Shown here in pieces: positions 26,065-36,350 of a DNA stretch of 64,000 nucleotides; the stretch's first letter is position 1; each line of letters starts with the position of its first letter. The notes below the pieces were generated by a model, which saw nothing but the letters and a program-made list of their open reading frames with translations, had not been told where the DNA came from and did not search any database. Origin of the DNA: Solirubrobacteraceae bacterium. GTDB taxonomy: Bacteria > Actinomycetota > Thermoleophilia > Solirubrobacterales > Solirubrobacteraceae. The DNA is taken from NCBI GenBank assembly GCA_035939185.1, contig DASZGB010000005.1, positions 182,713 through 246,712 of the forward strand, written 5' to 3'. A program made the position numbers and the translations under genes.

Positions 26065-27332
26065 ACGGTTATCGCTTGGATCGGCCAGCGCGTGAGCAGC
26101 TCCACGCCGCCCTCGCGCACCACGATCATCTCCTCCACGCGCACGCCCTGGCCGTGGCCGTCGCGGTCCTGCGTCTCCACCGCCATCGTCATACCCTCGG
26201 CATAGACCGTGGCGCCCTCCGCCGCTGCGCCGCGCCAGGTCAAGGGGATCTCATACAGCGAGAGGCCAATGCCGTGACCCCAGTGGTTGGTGGTCATCTG
26301 CCAGGCCTCACTGGCGCCGTAGTACTCCCAGTACTCACCCTTCGCATCGGGGAAGCGCTGGGCGGCTTCTGCCGTGCTTACGCCGGGGGCGATCGCCTCC
26401 AGCACGGCGTACAGGTTCTCCACCGCGCGCGTGTGTGCTTCGCGGGTCTCCTGGCGCGGCTCACCGCAGCTGAAAGTGCGGTAGTAGCACGAGCGGTAGC
26501 CGTGGAAGCCGATGTTGTAGAGATCGCTGTAGACGACGTCGCCGGGGCGGATTATGCGGTCGGTGGTGTCAGCCTGGCTCTTCGGCCACGTGTTGGGGCC
26601 GCTTGAGATATTGCCGCCGCCGTGCTCGCCGCCGAGTTCGATGATGCGCGCCACCCCGCGCGCGAACACCTCGCTCTCGCGCGCGCCCGGGCGGATGGCT
26701 TCACGCATCGCCTGAAAGCCAGCCTCGCAGACACAGGCGCTCAAGCGCAGGCACTCGACCTCGTCCGGGGTCTTGATCGCGCGGGCGCGGGCCAGTGCGG
26801 TGCCGGCGTCCGCGTCGACCGCGTAGCCGTAGCGCTCCAGCAGGCTCATCAAGCCTGGCTGGCCGATGTCCAGACCGATGCGCCCGGACAGCACGCCGTG
26901 GTCGGAGAGCGCCGTGGCGATCTCCTTGGCCATCTGCTTCAGCAGCGCCTCCGCGGCGGGGCCCGCGCCAAGTGCCGCCGGCACGATGCCGATACCCGGC
27001 ACGGCGTAGCGAATGTCCTCCAGCCACGGGCAGCTGCGCCGCTCGTGGATCGCGTGATCGGCGCTGTCCCAGTGCGTGATCCGCCCATCGCCAAACAGCA
27101 GCGAATAGTGAAAGCCACCCGCGCCCGAGACCGAAGTTGTTGCAACCGCCGTCACATAGCGGATGTTGGGGTCTGAGAGCAGCAGCACGGCGTCGTAGCC
27201 CGCGGTCGCCAGCGCCTCCCGCGCGCGGACCAAGCGCTCTTGGCGCATGCGCGCCATGTCGATGCGCGACTCCCAATCGACGGCCATCGCGCCGCGTGTG
27301 CCCTCCATGTAGCCAGGCTCGATGATCGTCAT
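26055..27332 (-). CDS. M24-family (creatinase/prolidase fold) enzyme
   Basis: NIRYVT; DVVYSD...GYRSCYYRT; HWGHGIGL; AVET; GVRVEE. Confidence 0.85.
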   Translation of the reverse strand: MTIIEPGYMEGTRGAMAVDWESRIDMARMRQERLVRAREALATAGYDAVLLLSDPNIRYVTAVATTSVSGAGGFHYSLLFGDGRITHWDSADHAIHERRSCPWLEDIRYAVPGIGIVPAALGAGPAAEALLKQMAKEIATALSDHGVLSGRIGLDIGQPGLMSLLERYGYAVDADAGTALARARAIKTPDEVECLRLSACVCEAGFQAMREAIRPGARESEVFARGVARIIELGGEHGGGNISSGPNTWPKSQADTTDRIIRPGDVVYSDLYNIGFHGYRSCYYRTFSCGEPRQETREAHTRAVENLYAVLEAIAPGVSTAEAAQRFPDAKGEYWEYYGASEAWQMTTNHWGHGIGLSLYEIPLTWRGAAAEGATVYAEGMTMAVETQDRDGHGQGVRVEEMIVVREGGVELLTRWPIQAITVCQ

Positions 27333-28477
27333 GGCTCACGCTCGCGCGCAGGACGAACCTGCGTGTCCGGCCGAACCTGCGCGCCCGCCAGCTGAAAGTC
27401 GCCGTGTGCGATCTGCGCCTCGCCGGCAGCGGGCCAGGCAAGCAGCTGGCGCACCGCGCCCGCCACGGACTCCTGCGCGGGATAGACAAACGCCTCCGCG
27501 GAGCCGAAGGGTGTAGGCCAGTGCCTGGCGCCAAGCCGGCCGACGACGGCACCATGCGCCACATGGTCCACCGTGGCGGCGAGCGTGGCCGTGATTCCTC
27601 CCAGCAGCGGGTCATCGCCGAGGCACAGCACGCGACCAGTATGCCGGGAGGATTCGCCGATGGTCTGCCCGTCCAGCGGTGAGAGCAGGCGCAGGTCCAC
27701 GATCTCGAGCTCCACTCCTTCTCCCGCAAGGTCCGTGGCTGCCGCGAGGGCAAGCGCAGTGCCGAAGCCGAAGCACAGCACCGTGGCATCGCGACCGGGG
27801 CGCAGGACGCGCGCAAGGGGAACGCCGTTATGTGTTGCATCGCCCGCGGCGGCGGGCGCCGCCGGCAAGTGCGAATCACCCGCGCGCGAGACACCCGCTC
27901 CTGCCAGGTCTCGCACCAACGGCCCCTTCCTCCTGTAGAGGCGCATGTCCTCGGCGAACACCACCGGATCGCGCTGGCGCAGCGCCCAGCGCAGCTGCGT
28001 ATAAGCGTCCTGCGCATCGCTCGGCGCGCACAGCGCGAGGCCCGGCACGGAGGCAAGCCAGGCGTGCTGTGCCTGGGAGTGCTGGGCGGCGAAGGCCCCC
28101 AGTGGCCCCTGCCCCACGCGCACGAGCAGCGGCACGCGCAGCTGCCCGCCGCTCATGTAGCGCAGCTTGGCGGCGTTGTTCACGAGCTGGTCGAGGCCAA
28201 GCAGCAGGAAGCCCGCGAAGTCGACCTCCACGACCGTGCGCACGCCCATCATCGCCGCACCGATCCCGCAGCCCATCGTCGCCGCCTCGGAGATGGGGGT
28301 GTCGCGCACGCGCTCGTCTCCAAATGAAGCCGCGAGTTCGCGCGTGGCGCCGAAGGGAAAGCCCGAGGCGATGTCCTGTCCCAGCAGCACGATCGACTCG
28401 TCCTCCCTCATCGCATCCTCGAGCGCGCACCTGATCGCCTCGGCGAATGTGACATCAGCCGTCGGTGTGTCACTCAT
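27329..28477 (-). CDS. 2-oxoacid/acetoin dehydrogenase E1 beta subunit
   Basis: DTPISEAA, DQLVNNAAKLRYMSGG, AAQHS, IVDLRLLSPLD; ATG 28477 overlaps alpha stop. Confidence 0.88.
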   Translation of the reverse strand: MSDTPTADVTFAEAIRCALEDAMREDESIVLLGQDIASGFPFGATRELAASFGDERVRDTPISEAATMGCGIGAAMMGVRTVVEVDFAGFLLLGLDQLVNNAAKLRYMSGGQLRVPLLVRVGQGPLGAFAAQHSQAQHAWLASVPGLALCAPSDAQDAYTQLRWALRQRDPVVFAEDMRLYRRKGPLVRDLAGAGVSRAGDSHLPAAPAAAGDATHNGVPLARVLRPGRDATVLCFGFGTALALAAATDLAGEGVELEIVDLRLLSPLDGQTIGESSRHTGRVLCLGDDPLLGGITATLAATVDHVAHGAVVGRLGARHWPTPFGSAEAFVYPAQESVAGAVRQLLAWPAAGEAQIAHGDFQLAGAQVRPDTQVRPAREREP

Positions 28478-29412
28478 CCCCATACATCCCTGTCCAATTC
28501 CGCGAAGGTAGGACGAGGTGAGGCACGAGCGAACTCGATCGCCTCGTGCACCTGCGCCTGCGCCTGCGCCTCCAAGCGCATGCACGTGTCAGTGTCGAGG
28601 TCCGCGTTGGCCGCCAGCACCGCGAGCGGGTCGCGGCCCTGCCAGCGCTCCACCTCCTCGCGCGTGCGATAGCGACCGTGCGCGGGATCGGCGCGCGAGT
28701 GGCCGAGGAAGCGGTAGGTGAGGCATTCCAGCAGCCCCGGCTGGGCGGCGCGGGCCTCGGCCACAAGCGTGCGCGTGGCGCCCGCGACCGCTTCGACATC
28801 CTGGCCGTCGACGCGTAGCGCGCTCAGACCGAATGCCTGCGCGCGCAGCTCGATGCCTTCACCGGCCGTGGCCTTCGCGGCCGGTGTGGTGATCGCGTAG
28901 GCGTTGTTCTCGCAAACGAAGATAACTCCGAGCTTCCAGATCGCCGCGAGGTTCATGGCCTCATAGAGCACCCCCTGATTAACGCCGCCATCGCCGAAGA
29001 AGACGGCACAGACCGTGTCCTCGCCGGCGCGGCGAGCGGCCAGCGCGACGCCTACCGCTAAGGGGATCGAGCTGCCGACCACGGCCAGCGAGCCAAGAAA
29101 ACCGCACTTGACATCGGCGATATGCATGGAGCCGCCCTTGCCGCCGCAGACTCCGTCGGCGCGGCCGAAGAGCTCGGCCATCAGGCGCTTGGGATTGACA
29201 CCCTTGGCCAATGCGTGGCCGTGGCCGCGGTGGTGGCTGAGCATCTTGTCGCTGTCTGCAAGCGCAGTAGCCACGCCAACCGCAACCGCCTCCTGGCCGA
29301 TGGAGGCGTGGACCGTGCCCTCCAGCTCGCCCCGCTCGTACGCCCGGTACGCGGCTTGCTCGAAGTTGCGGATCAGCGCCATGCGCGCGTACAGCTCTGC
29401 AGCGGTCTTCAC
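28474..29412 (-). CDS. ThDP-dependent dehydrogenase E1 alpha subunit
   Basis: GKGGSMH, GDGG...CENN ThDP motif, TYRFLGHS. Confidence 0.92.
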   Translation of the reverse strand: MKTAAELYARMALIRNFEQAAYRAYERGELEGTVHASIGQEAVAVGVATALADSDKMLSHHRGHGHALAKGVNPKRLMAELFGRADGVCGGKGGSMHIADVKCGFLGSLAVVGSSIPLAVGVALAARRAGEDTVCAVFFGDGGVNQGVLYEAMNLAAIWKLGVIFVCENNAYAITTPAAKATAGEGIELRAQAFGLSALRVDGQDVEAVAGATRTLVAEARAAQPGLLECLTYRFLGHSRADPAHGRYRTREEVERWQGRDPLAVLAANADLDTDTCMRLEAQAQAQVHEAIEFARASPRPTFAELDRDVWG

Positions 29413-29428
29413 ACCTTCATCCAGGTCT

Positions 29429-31111
29429 TCACACCCTCATCCCATAATCGCGCCAGGCCGCCTCAGCGCTCACGTATCCCTGGCGCACGTCGCGGGCGAC
29501 GGCCTCGCGGTCGCGACGCAGGGGGTTGCCCCAGCCTCCCCCGCCGGCGGTCATCTGCACGACGACGTCGTCCGCGCGCAGCGGCACGCCTGCCGCCTTG
29601 GAGCCGAAGCGCGGCGCCGGGTTGATCGGCTCCGCGCCCTTACGCAGCAGTCGGTAGCTGGCGGCTGCGCCCTCGCCGCCGCCATCCAGACCCCACGGCG
29701 GCACCATCACGCGGTTGCCCACGATCGACATTTCCGCGCCGTGATCGAGGATGCGGTGGTCGCGGCGGATGCCCAGGCCCCCGCGGTGCTCGCCCGCGCC
29801 GCCGCTGTCCTCGCGCAATTCGTAGCGCTCGACGCGCAGCGGGAAGCGACGCTCGACCACCTCCACCGGCACGTTCCAGGTGTTGCCGGCGATCGAGTAC
29901 ACGGCGCTCAACCCGTCGCGGTCGGCGTTGGCTCCCCAGCCGCCCTCGGGGTACTCATACAGCACATAACGGCTGCCGCCGTGGGGACGCATGCCAGAGA
30001 TCAGCAGATTGTTGGAGGAACCCTGATCGCAGGCCATCGTGCGCGCGCCCTCGATCTGCGCGAGCGCGCGGAAGATCGCCGCGCTGATCACGAACACCGT
30101 CTCGTTGCCCCCTGTACATGGGGCTGGGAAACGTGGGTTGACGATGCTACCCGCCGGGGCGATGATCTCGATCGGGCGGTAGCAGCCCGCATTGGGGGGG
30201 ATGTCGGGGTCTGTCGCGGCCTGCAGCGTCATGTAGACGCCCGAGCACGTGTAGCCCAGCACGCTGTTCAGTGGCCCCCTGGTCTGCTCGCTGGAACCCG
30301 TGAAGTCCACCTCCACGCGATCACCCCGCACCCTCAGGGTCACCCTGATCTCGCGCGGCTCGTCCTCGACGCCGTCGTTATCCAGCCAATCCGAGGCGGT
30401 GTAGTCGCCGTCGGGCCAGCTCTTGATCACCGCGCGCATACGTCGCTCGCTGTAGGCCATCGCCTCGTGCATCGCTGTGCGCAGCATCTCCTCGCCGTAG
30501 CGGTGAAAGAGCTCACTCACGCGCTCGATCGCCGTGCGGTTGGCCGAGACCTGGCTCTCCAGATCCACCCGCATCTGCTCGGGCAGACGGGAGTTTTCGG
30601 TGACCAGCTGCAGCAGGTGCGGATCACGCTCGCCGCCGCGAAAGAGCTTCATCGGGCTGATGCGCAGCCCCTCCTGGTAGTTGTCGGTGGCGCCGGAGAA
30701 GAAACTGCCGGGCATCGTGCCACCCACATCGAGGTGGTGCGCCCGGTTGGCGGCGTAGGCCACCGCCTCGCCCTCATGGAAGATCGGCGAGACCATCGTG
30801 ATGTCCGGCAGATGCGAGCCACCCAGATAGGGGTCATTCATGATTACGGTGTCGCCCTCCTGCAGCCCGTCGTGCGCGAAGGCCGCGCGGGCGTGGAAGA
30901 CGGAGAAGGACAGTGAGCCGAGGTGGATCGGCAAGAACTCCCCATGTGTCACCAGTTTGCCCTGAGCGTCGAAGATTGCACAGCTGTAGTCGTTGCCCTC
31001 GTTGAAGATCGGAGAGCACGAGGTCATGCGCAGCGTCACCCCCATCTCGCGCGAGACGGCCGTCAGCGCGTGACGAATCACCTCAGCGGTGATCGCATCG
31101 GCCTTGGTCAC
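29429..31111 (-). CDS. Hydantoinase B / oxoprolinase family
   Basis: FNEGNDYS, PIHLGS, NDPYLGGSHLPD, HHLDVGG, GGWG, PVEVVE, GGGGWG. Confidence 0.92.
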   Translation of the reverse strand: MTKADAITAEVIRHALTAVSREMGVTLRMTSCSPIFNEGNDYSCAIFDAQGKLVTHGEFLPIHLGSLSFSVFHARAAFAHDGLQEGDTVIMNDPYLGGSHLPDITMVSPIFHEGEAVAYAANRAHHLDVGGTMPGSFFSGATDNYQEGLRISPMKLFRGGERDPHLLQLVTENSRLPEQMRVDLESQVSANRTAIERVSELFHRYGEEMLRTAMHEAMAYSERRMRAVIKSWPDGDYTASDWLDNDGVEDEPREIRVTLRVRGDRVEVDFTGSSEQTRGPLNSVLGYTCSGVYMTLQAATDPDIPPNAGCYRPIEIIAPAGSIVNPRFPAPCTGGNETVFVISAAIFRALAQIEGARTMACDQGSSNNLLISGMRPHGGSRYVLYEYPEGGWGANADRDGLSAVYSIAGNTWNVPVEVVERRFPLRVERYELREDSGGAGEHRGGLGIRRDHRILDHGAEMSIVGNRVMVPPWGLDGGGEGAAASYRLLRKGAEPINPAPRFGSKAAGVPLRADDVVVQMTAGGGGWGNPLRRDREAVARDVRQGYVSAEAAWRDYGMRV

Positions 31112-33228
31112 GGCCCCCCCACTCCCACGGCCCCAACGTCCTGCAGTTCGGCCAGGGCCTGCCCGGGGCTGGTGACGATCAGGCTCCCTGACGGATGCGC
31201 CACCGCGACCGTGCCCGGCGGTATCAACACGGTCGCGTCGAGCTGATGCACGACCGCAGGGCCCTCGAGCTTCTGCTCGGGCTCGATCTCGCGGCGGCTC
31301 AGCACGCGCGTGTCGAGGAAGCCGCCGGCCTCGTGGAAGTAGACGTCGCGATGCTTCTCCGCGCCCCGCTCGGGCGCTGCCGTCTTGGACCAGTCCCACC
31401 ACATTGTTGGGCTCGGCGGGATGCCGTGGCCGGTCACGCGCACGTTCACGAGCTCCACCGTCATATCTGGGAAGGAGTGACCGTAGAGCTGCTCGTGCAG
31501 CCGATGGAAGCGACCCAGGGCCTCAGCCAGCACCGTTGCGAAGGCCGGCTCGGGGGCGGGGGCCGCGGGGAACGCCTCGGGGCAGCGCACCGAGAGATCG
31601 TGCGCCTGGCCTTCGTAGCGCAGGTCCAGCCACAGCTCCAGTAGCGACTCGGTCGCGTGAAAGCCTTCGCCCGCCAGCGCCGCCTGCGCCTGCGCGCGCA
31701 TGCTGTCCACTGTGCGACGCACGGACTCCGCGCGTACCTCGCGCAGCGGGCGCCCGATCGTGCGCACGAGGTCATGGCGCGCGTCCGCCGACACCGCCCC
31801 CAGGGCAGAGGTGCAGCCGGGGCAGGGCGGCACGAGGATGCGCTCGATCCCCAGCTCCCGTGCCACGTCCGCGCCGTGCACGGGGCCAGCGCCGCCGAAG
31901 GCGACGAGCGTGAAGTCGCGCACATCGCGACCGCGCTCCAGCGAGATCGTGCGCACCGCGCCCTCCATATGGGCGTTGACGATGCGCACGATCCCCGCTG
32001 CGGCCTGCACCACCCTCAGCTGCAGCGGCCGTGCAATCGCGCGCTCCACGGCCTCGTGCGCGCGCTCGACATCGAGCGCCAGCGCGCCCCCCAGCGGCGC
32101 GGCGGGGTCATAGCGGCCAAGGATCAGGTTGGCATCGGTGACGGTCGGCTGCGTCCCACCCAGGCCGTAGCACGCCGGTCCCGGGTCGGCGCCCGCGGAG
32201 CCCGGCCCCACGCGCAACGCGCCGCCGGGGTCGATCCAGGCGATGCTGCCCCCACCCGCGCCGATCGTGTGGATATCGAAGGTGGGATAGCTCACCGCCA
32301 GGCCGTCGATCCAGAGGTCCAGGCGCTCATCGGGGCGGCCCTGGACGATCCCCGAGACGTCGCAGCTGGTGCCGCCCATGTCGAGCGTCAACGCGTTCTC
32401 GATACCCGCTTCAAACGCCAGGCGGTGCGCACCGGCGACGCCTCCCGCGGGCCCCGAGAGCAGGCTGGGGATCGGCGCATCCGCGACCGCCTCCGAACCC
32501 AACACCCCGCCCGAGCTGGTCATGATCGACAAACGCCCCGGCGCCAGCCAGCGCGCGTGCAGACGCTCGCCCAGATCGGCCAGGTGCGCGCGCATTGCCG
32601 GCGCCACGTAGGCAGCCATCGCGGTGGTGGAGGTGCGCTCGTACTCGCGGTGCACCGGCAGCACCTGCGAGGAGATGAACACGCACTCCGCGCCGCCCTC
32701 GCGCAGCACGATCTCGCGCGCACGCTGCTCGTGCTCGGGGTTCTCGAAGGAGAACAGGAAAACGATCGCCAGCGAGGTCACGCCCGCGGCGCGCAGCTCG
32801 CGCCAGGCGGCGCGCACGCCCTCCTCATCCAGCTCCTGCACGACGTTGCCCTCCGCGTCAATGCGCTCGCTCACCTCCAAGCGCTTCTCGCGCGGCACGA
32901 GCGGCTCGGGAAGTTGCTCGTCGAGGTCGAACAGGCGCGTGCGGTGCGTGCGGCGGATCTCCAGCACGTCGCGAAAGCCCTTCGTCGTGATCAGGCCCGT
33001 GCACGCGCCACTGCGTGTCAGCACCGCGTTGACGCCCAGCGTCGTGCCTACCTTCACATGCGAGACCTCGCTCAGCGGCACCCCGCTCGCCGCCATCGCT
33101 TCGAGCACGCCCAGCGCCGGCTCACGCTCGTTCGTCGGCAGCTTCAGCCATGACGTAGACCCGCTTTCCTCATCGAGCACGACCACGTCCGTGAACGTGC
33201 CCCCCACATCCACGCCAATACGTCTCAT
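31108..33228 (-). CDS. Hydantoinase A / oxoprolinase family (ATP-dependent)
   Basis: GVDVGGTFTD, GTTLGVNA, LLSGPAGG, DMGGTSCD, GAGGGS, FGGAGP. Confidence 0.93.
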   Translation of the reverse strand: MRRIGVDVGGTFTDVVVLDEESGSTSWLKLPTNEREPALGVLEAMAASGVPLSEVSHVKVGTTLGVNAVLTRSGACTGLITTKGFRDVLEIRRTHRTRLFDLDEQLPEPLVPREKRLEVSERIDAEGNVVQELDEEGVRAAWRELRAAGVTSLAIVFLFSFENPEHEQRAREIVLREGGAECVFISSQVLPVHREYERTSTTAMAAYVAPAMRAHLADLGERLHARWLAPGRLSIMTSSGGVLGSEAVADAPIPSLLSGPAGGVAGAHRLAFEAGIENALTLDMGGTSCDVSGIVQGRPDERLDLWIDGLAVSYPTFDIHTIGAGGGSIAWIDPGGALRVGPGSAGADPGPACYGLGGTQPTVTDANLILGRYDPAAPLGGALALDVERAHEAVERAIARPLQLRVVQAAAGIVRIVNAHMEGAVRTISLERGRDVRDFTLVAFGGAGPVHGADVARELGIERILVPPCPGCTSALGAVSADARHDLVRTIGRPLREVRAESVRRTVDSMRAQAQAALAGEGFHATESLLELWLDLRYEGQAHDLSVRCPEAFPAAPAPEPAFATVLAEALGRFHRLHEQLYGHSFPDMTVELVNVRVTGHGIPPSPTMWWDWSKTAAPERGAEKHRDVYFHEAGGFLDTRVLSRREIEPEQKLEGPAVVHQLDATVLIPPGTVAVAHPSGSLIVTSPGQALAELQDVGAVGVGGP

Positions 33229-33277
33229 CGGAAAAGGGTCTGTGGTCGGGGGGGCATCCAGCAAGTAGGGTAGGCAT

Positions 33278-34504
33278 ATGAGCGCGCTCGCGCCGAGCCC
33301 AACCCCCTCAAGCGAGTTTGGGGCCCGCTGGCAGCGGGCTCTCGCCGAGTGTGGGAAACGGGGTCTGGACGGCCTGCTGGCGGTCTCCCGCGGGGCATCG
33401 AGCATCGACTCCTACGCCGACGTCTTCTATCTCTCCGGCCACTACGGCAATATCGGCTTCACGCCCGACTTCCAGGACTACTGGGTAGGGCGCTCGCACT
33501 CAGCGGTTGTGCTGGTGCCCGACCGCGAGCCATTGTTGATCGTTGACGGCGCGGACTACCGCCGCGACCTCATAGGGATCGAAGAAGTGCGCTTCGCGCT
33601 TGACTTCCCCGCGGCCGTCGCGCAGGCGCTGCGGGACCTCGGCCTCGATCGGGGGCGCGTGGGCGTGGCCGGCCTGAACGTGATGAGCGCCCGCGTCCAT
33701 CGCCTGCTGTGCGAACGGCTAGGCGGCTGCGAGCTGCACGACGCCGATGACCTCCTCGAAGCGCTGCGCGTTATCAAAAGCCCCTTCGAGCTGCAGCGCA
33801 TCCGCGCCGCTACGCAGATCGGCGACGCCGTCGTCACGACGATGATGGAACACGCCCAGACGGCGGGCACCATCGAGGCGCACGCCGTCGCCGAGGGCTA
33901 CAGGGTCGGCGTCGCCGCCGGCGTGCACTTCTTCGACACCTCCATCGCCTCCGGCCCCTACAGCAACTATTTCACCCACAATCACCTGCCCTCCTGGTCG
34001 CAGCGCGTGCTACAGCCAGGCGACATCTTCCATGCCGACTCCTACGGCGCGGTCGAGGGCTACCTGTTCGATTTCGGGCGCACCTGCATCGTCGGCAGCG
34101 GTGCGAGCGCAGAGCAGGCCGCCCTCTGTCAGGGCGCGATCGACGCTGTCGAGGCGGGCATCGCGCTGATCCGTCCCGGCGTCCCCGCTTCAGCCGTCTT
34201 CGACGCCGTGCATGGCCACCTGCTCTCCGTCGGCCTCGCCACAGACGAGCAGGAGGAGATGGACATGGAGAATGCCTCCGCCCTCTCCATCGGCTTCCCT
34301 CCTCACGGTCACGGCTTTGGCCTCGGCTGGGAGTGGCCTTGGATCCTCCCTACCGAGGAGCGCCTACTGGAGCCGGGGATGTGCCTCGCTGTGGAGGCCA
34401 TGCCCACCAAGCCTGGCCTCGGCTCCTCCTACTTCGAGCAGGACATCGTCGTCGCCGACGACGGTTACGAGCTTCTCACCCAGACGACCAAGCGCTGGTG
34501 GTAG
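33278..34504 (+). CDS. M24-family metallopeptidase-like enzyme
   Basis: D...D (HADS...FDFGRT), HGHGFGL, AVE, FEQD; transcribed divergently from hyuA. Confidence 0.85.
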   Translation: MSALAPSPTPSSEFGARWQRALAECGKRGLDGLLAVSRGASSIDSYADVFYLSGHYGNIGFTPDFQDYWVGRSHSAVVLVPDREPLLIVDGADYRRDLIGIEEVRFALDFPAAVAQALRDLGLDRGRVGVAGLNVMSARVHRLLCERLGGCELHDADDLLEALRVIKSPFELQRIRAATQIGDAVVTTMMEHAQTAGTIEAHAVAEGYRVGVAAGVHFFDTSIASGPYSNYFTHNHLPSWSQRVLQPGDIFHADSYGAVEGYLFDFGRTCIVGSGASAEQAALCQGAIDAVEAGIALIRPGVPASAVFDAVHGHLLSVGLATDEQEEMDMENASALSIGFPPHGHGFGLGWEWPWILPTEERLLEPGMCLAVEAMPTKPGLGSSYFEQDIVVADDGYELLTQTTKRWW

Positions 34505-34712
34505 TCCTCCCCCCAGGAGTTACCGGGCCACCGTATGTGAGAGCTTTGTAAAAGCGAGGGGGAAGGACAAGGGGAAATCGGTCCCAGTGTACATTCGGGG
34601 AAATCTGCCCTAATGTAGGCTGGGCCGCAGGAATAGCTACACATCCGCCAGCCGCCCAACGCTAATGGGCCTACCGACGCGGCCTTTATACACATACCGC
34701 TAGGCGCTCACG

Positions 34713-36350
34713 CTACTGGGCGCGCCGACGCGGCTTCCAACCCGGCCTTGGCACCGAATCGAGCAACAGGCGCGTATAGGGATCGGCCGGAGAAGTCAGG
34801 ATCTGCTGCGTCGCCCCACGCTCTACGATGCGTCCCCGGCGCAGCACGATCACCTCGTCGCTCACGCGGCGCACCACCGCCAAGTCGTGGGAGATGAAGA
34901 CATAGGAGGTGCCGGTGGCGACACGGATGCCTGCGAGCAGGTCGAGAATCTGCGCCTGAGTCGCCACGTCCAGCGAGGAGACCGCCTCGTCCAGCACGAG
35001 CAGACGTGGTTGCACCGCCAGGGCGCGCGCGAGCGCCGCCCGCTGGCGCTCGCCACCGGAGAGCGCGCGCGGCAGCGCGCGGGCGTGCTCCTGCTTGAGC
35101 CCGACGCTGTCGAGTAGTTCGGCAACACGCCGGCGACGCTCCTCAGCAGTTGGGCGGAAGTGCAGGTCTAGGGCCTCGCCCAAGGCATCACCGACGCGCT
35201 GGCGCGGGTCCAGCGAGGAGTAGTTGTCCTGGAAGACGATCTGCGCCTCGCGCCCGCGGGTGCGACGCTCGCGCGCACCGCGGGGGGGCCTGCTGCGTAG
35301 ATGACCCAGCACTGCGATCGCGCCGGCGCTGGGTGCCTGCAGGCCGACGATCATGCGCGCAATCGTCGTCTTGCCCGAGCCCGACTCCCCCACGATTGCC
35401 AGCGACGCCCCGGGCGCGACCGCGAACGAGACATCGTCAACCGCAAGCAAACCGGCGAAGACCATGCACAGGCCAGAGACCTCGAGCACGGCCGGCTCAG
35501 GTGCAGAAGTCGAGCATGCCGGGGCGGAAGTCGAGGATGCCCTGGCAGAAGTGAAGAATGCCGGGGCTGAAGTCGAGGATGCCGGGGCAGAAGTCGAGGA
35601 TGCTGGCGCTGTCTGCTGCAGCAGATCCGCGCGTGCGACAGGCTGCTCGTCCACGATCGCCCCCGCACGCATCACCACGGTGCGCTCGCATACGGCGGCC
35701 GCCAGGTCGAGGTCGTGAGTGATGAACAGCAGAGCCAGCCCGCGCGCGTGGCGCACTTCATCAAGCATCGCCATCACCTCGGACTGAGTCGTCACATCGA
35801 GCGCAGTCGTCGGCTCATCGGCGATCAGGAGCCTCGGCTCGCAGGCCAGTGCCGCGGCGATCATCACGCGCTGGAGCTGCCCGCCCGAGAGCTCGTGGGG
35901 ATACTGGCGCAGACGGCGCTCAGGTTCTTCCACGCCCGTTTCGCCGAGCAGGCGTGTGACCTTGGCCAGCGCTGCGGTGCGCCGCATGCCCTGTGTGAGC
36001 ACCAGCGCCTCGGTGAGGAAATCGCCGATGCGGCGCACCGGGTTGATGTGGCTGCGTGGGTCCTGGAAGACCATCGCGACGTCGTCCGCGCGATAGCGCA
36101 GCAACTGCTCGCGGTCGAGATCCAGGACTGAGCGCCCGGCGAAGCGAATCGAGCCGCCGACCTGCGCCCCGGGCGGGAGCAGGCGCACGACCGCACGTGC
36201 AGTCATGGTCTTGCCCGAGCCCGATGCACCGACAAGCCCCACCGCCTCGCCCGCGCCGACCTGCAGCGATACATCGCGCAGAACCGCCGTAGCACCCTCC
36301 TCCGCGGGGAGCGTTACGCGCAGGTGCTCGAGCTCGAGTAATGCGCTCAT
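34713..36350 (-). CDS. Dual-domain oligopeptide/nickel ABC ATPase
   Basis: GASGSGKT / LSGGQ / IADEPT and GESGSGKT / LSGGE / LDEAVS. Confidence 0.92.
   Translation of the reverse strand: MSALLELEHLRVTLPAEEGATAVLRDVSLQVGAGEAVGLVGASGSGKTMTARAVVRLLPPGAQVGGSIRFAGRSVLDLDREQLLRYRADDVAMVFQDPRSHINPVRRIGDFLTEALVLTQGMRRTAALAKVTRLLGETGVEEPERRLRQYPHELSGGQLQRVMIAAALACEPRLLIADEPTTALDVTTQSEVMAMLDEVRHARGLALLFITHDLDLAAAVCERTVVMRAGAIVDEQPVARADLLQQTAPASSTSAPASSTSAPAFFTSARASSTSAPACSTSAPEPAVLEVSGLCMVFAGLLAVDDVSFAVAPGASLAIVGESGSGKTTIARMIVGLQAPSAGAIAVLGHLRSRPPRGARERRTRGREAQIVFQDNYSSLDPRQRVGDALGEALDLHFRPTAEERRRRVAELLDSVGLKQEHARALPRALSGGERQRAALARALAVQPRLLVLDEAVSSLDVATQAQILDLLAGIRVATGTSYVFISHDLAVVRRVSDEVIVLRRGRIVERGATQQILTSPADPYTRLLLDSVPRPGWKPRRRAQ
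35503..35607. repeat. 21-bp x5 coding repeat (ASSTSAP) in ABC linker
   Basis: GCAGAAGTCGAGGATGCCGGG-like units. Confidence 0.85.

Noticed and set aside
29015-30916. 633-aa plus-strand ORF
   Set aside because: Antisense shadow of hyuB in GC-rich DNA; no motifs, RBS or operon logic.
31657-33153. 498-aa plus-strand ORF
   Set aside because: Antisense shadow of hyuA.
34505-34712. Lower-GC convergent intergenic region with GGGGAAATC x2
   Set aside because: No stable hairpin, ORF or second copy found; insufficient support for an ncRNA call.
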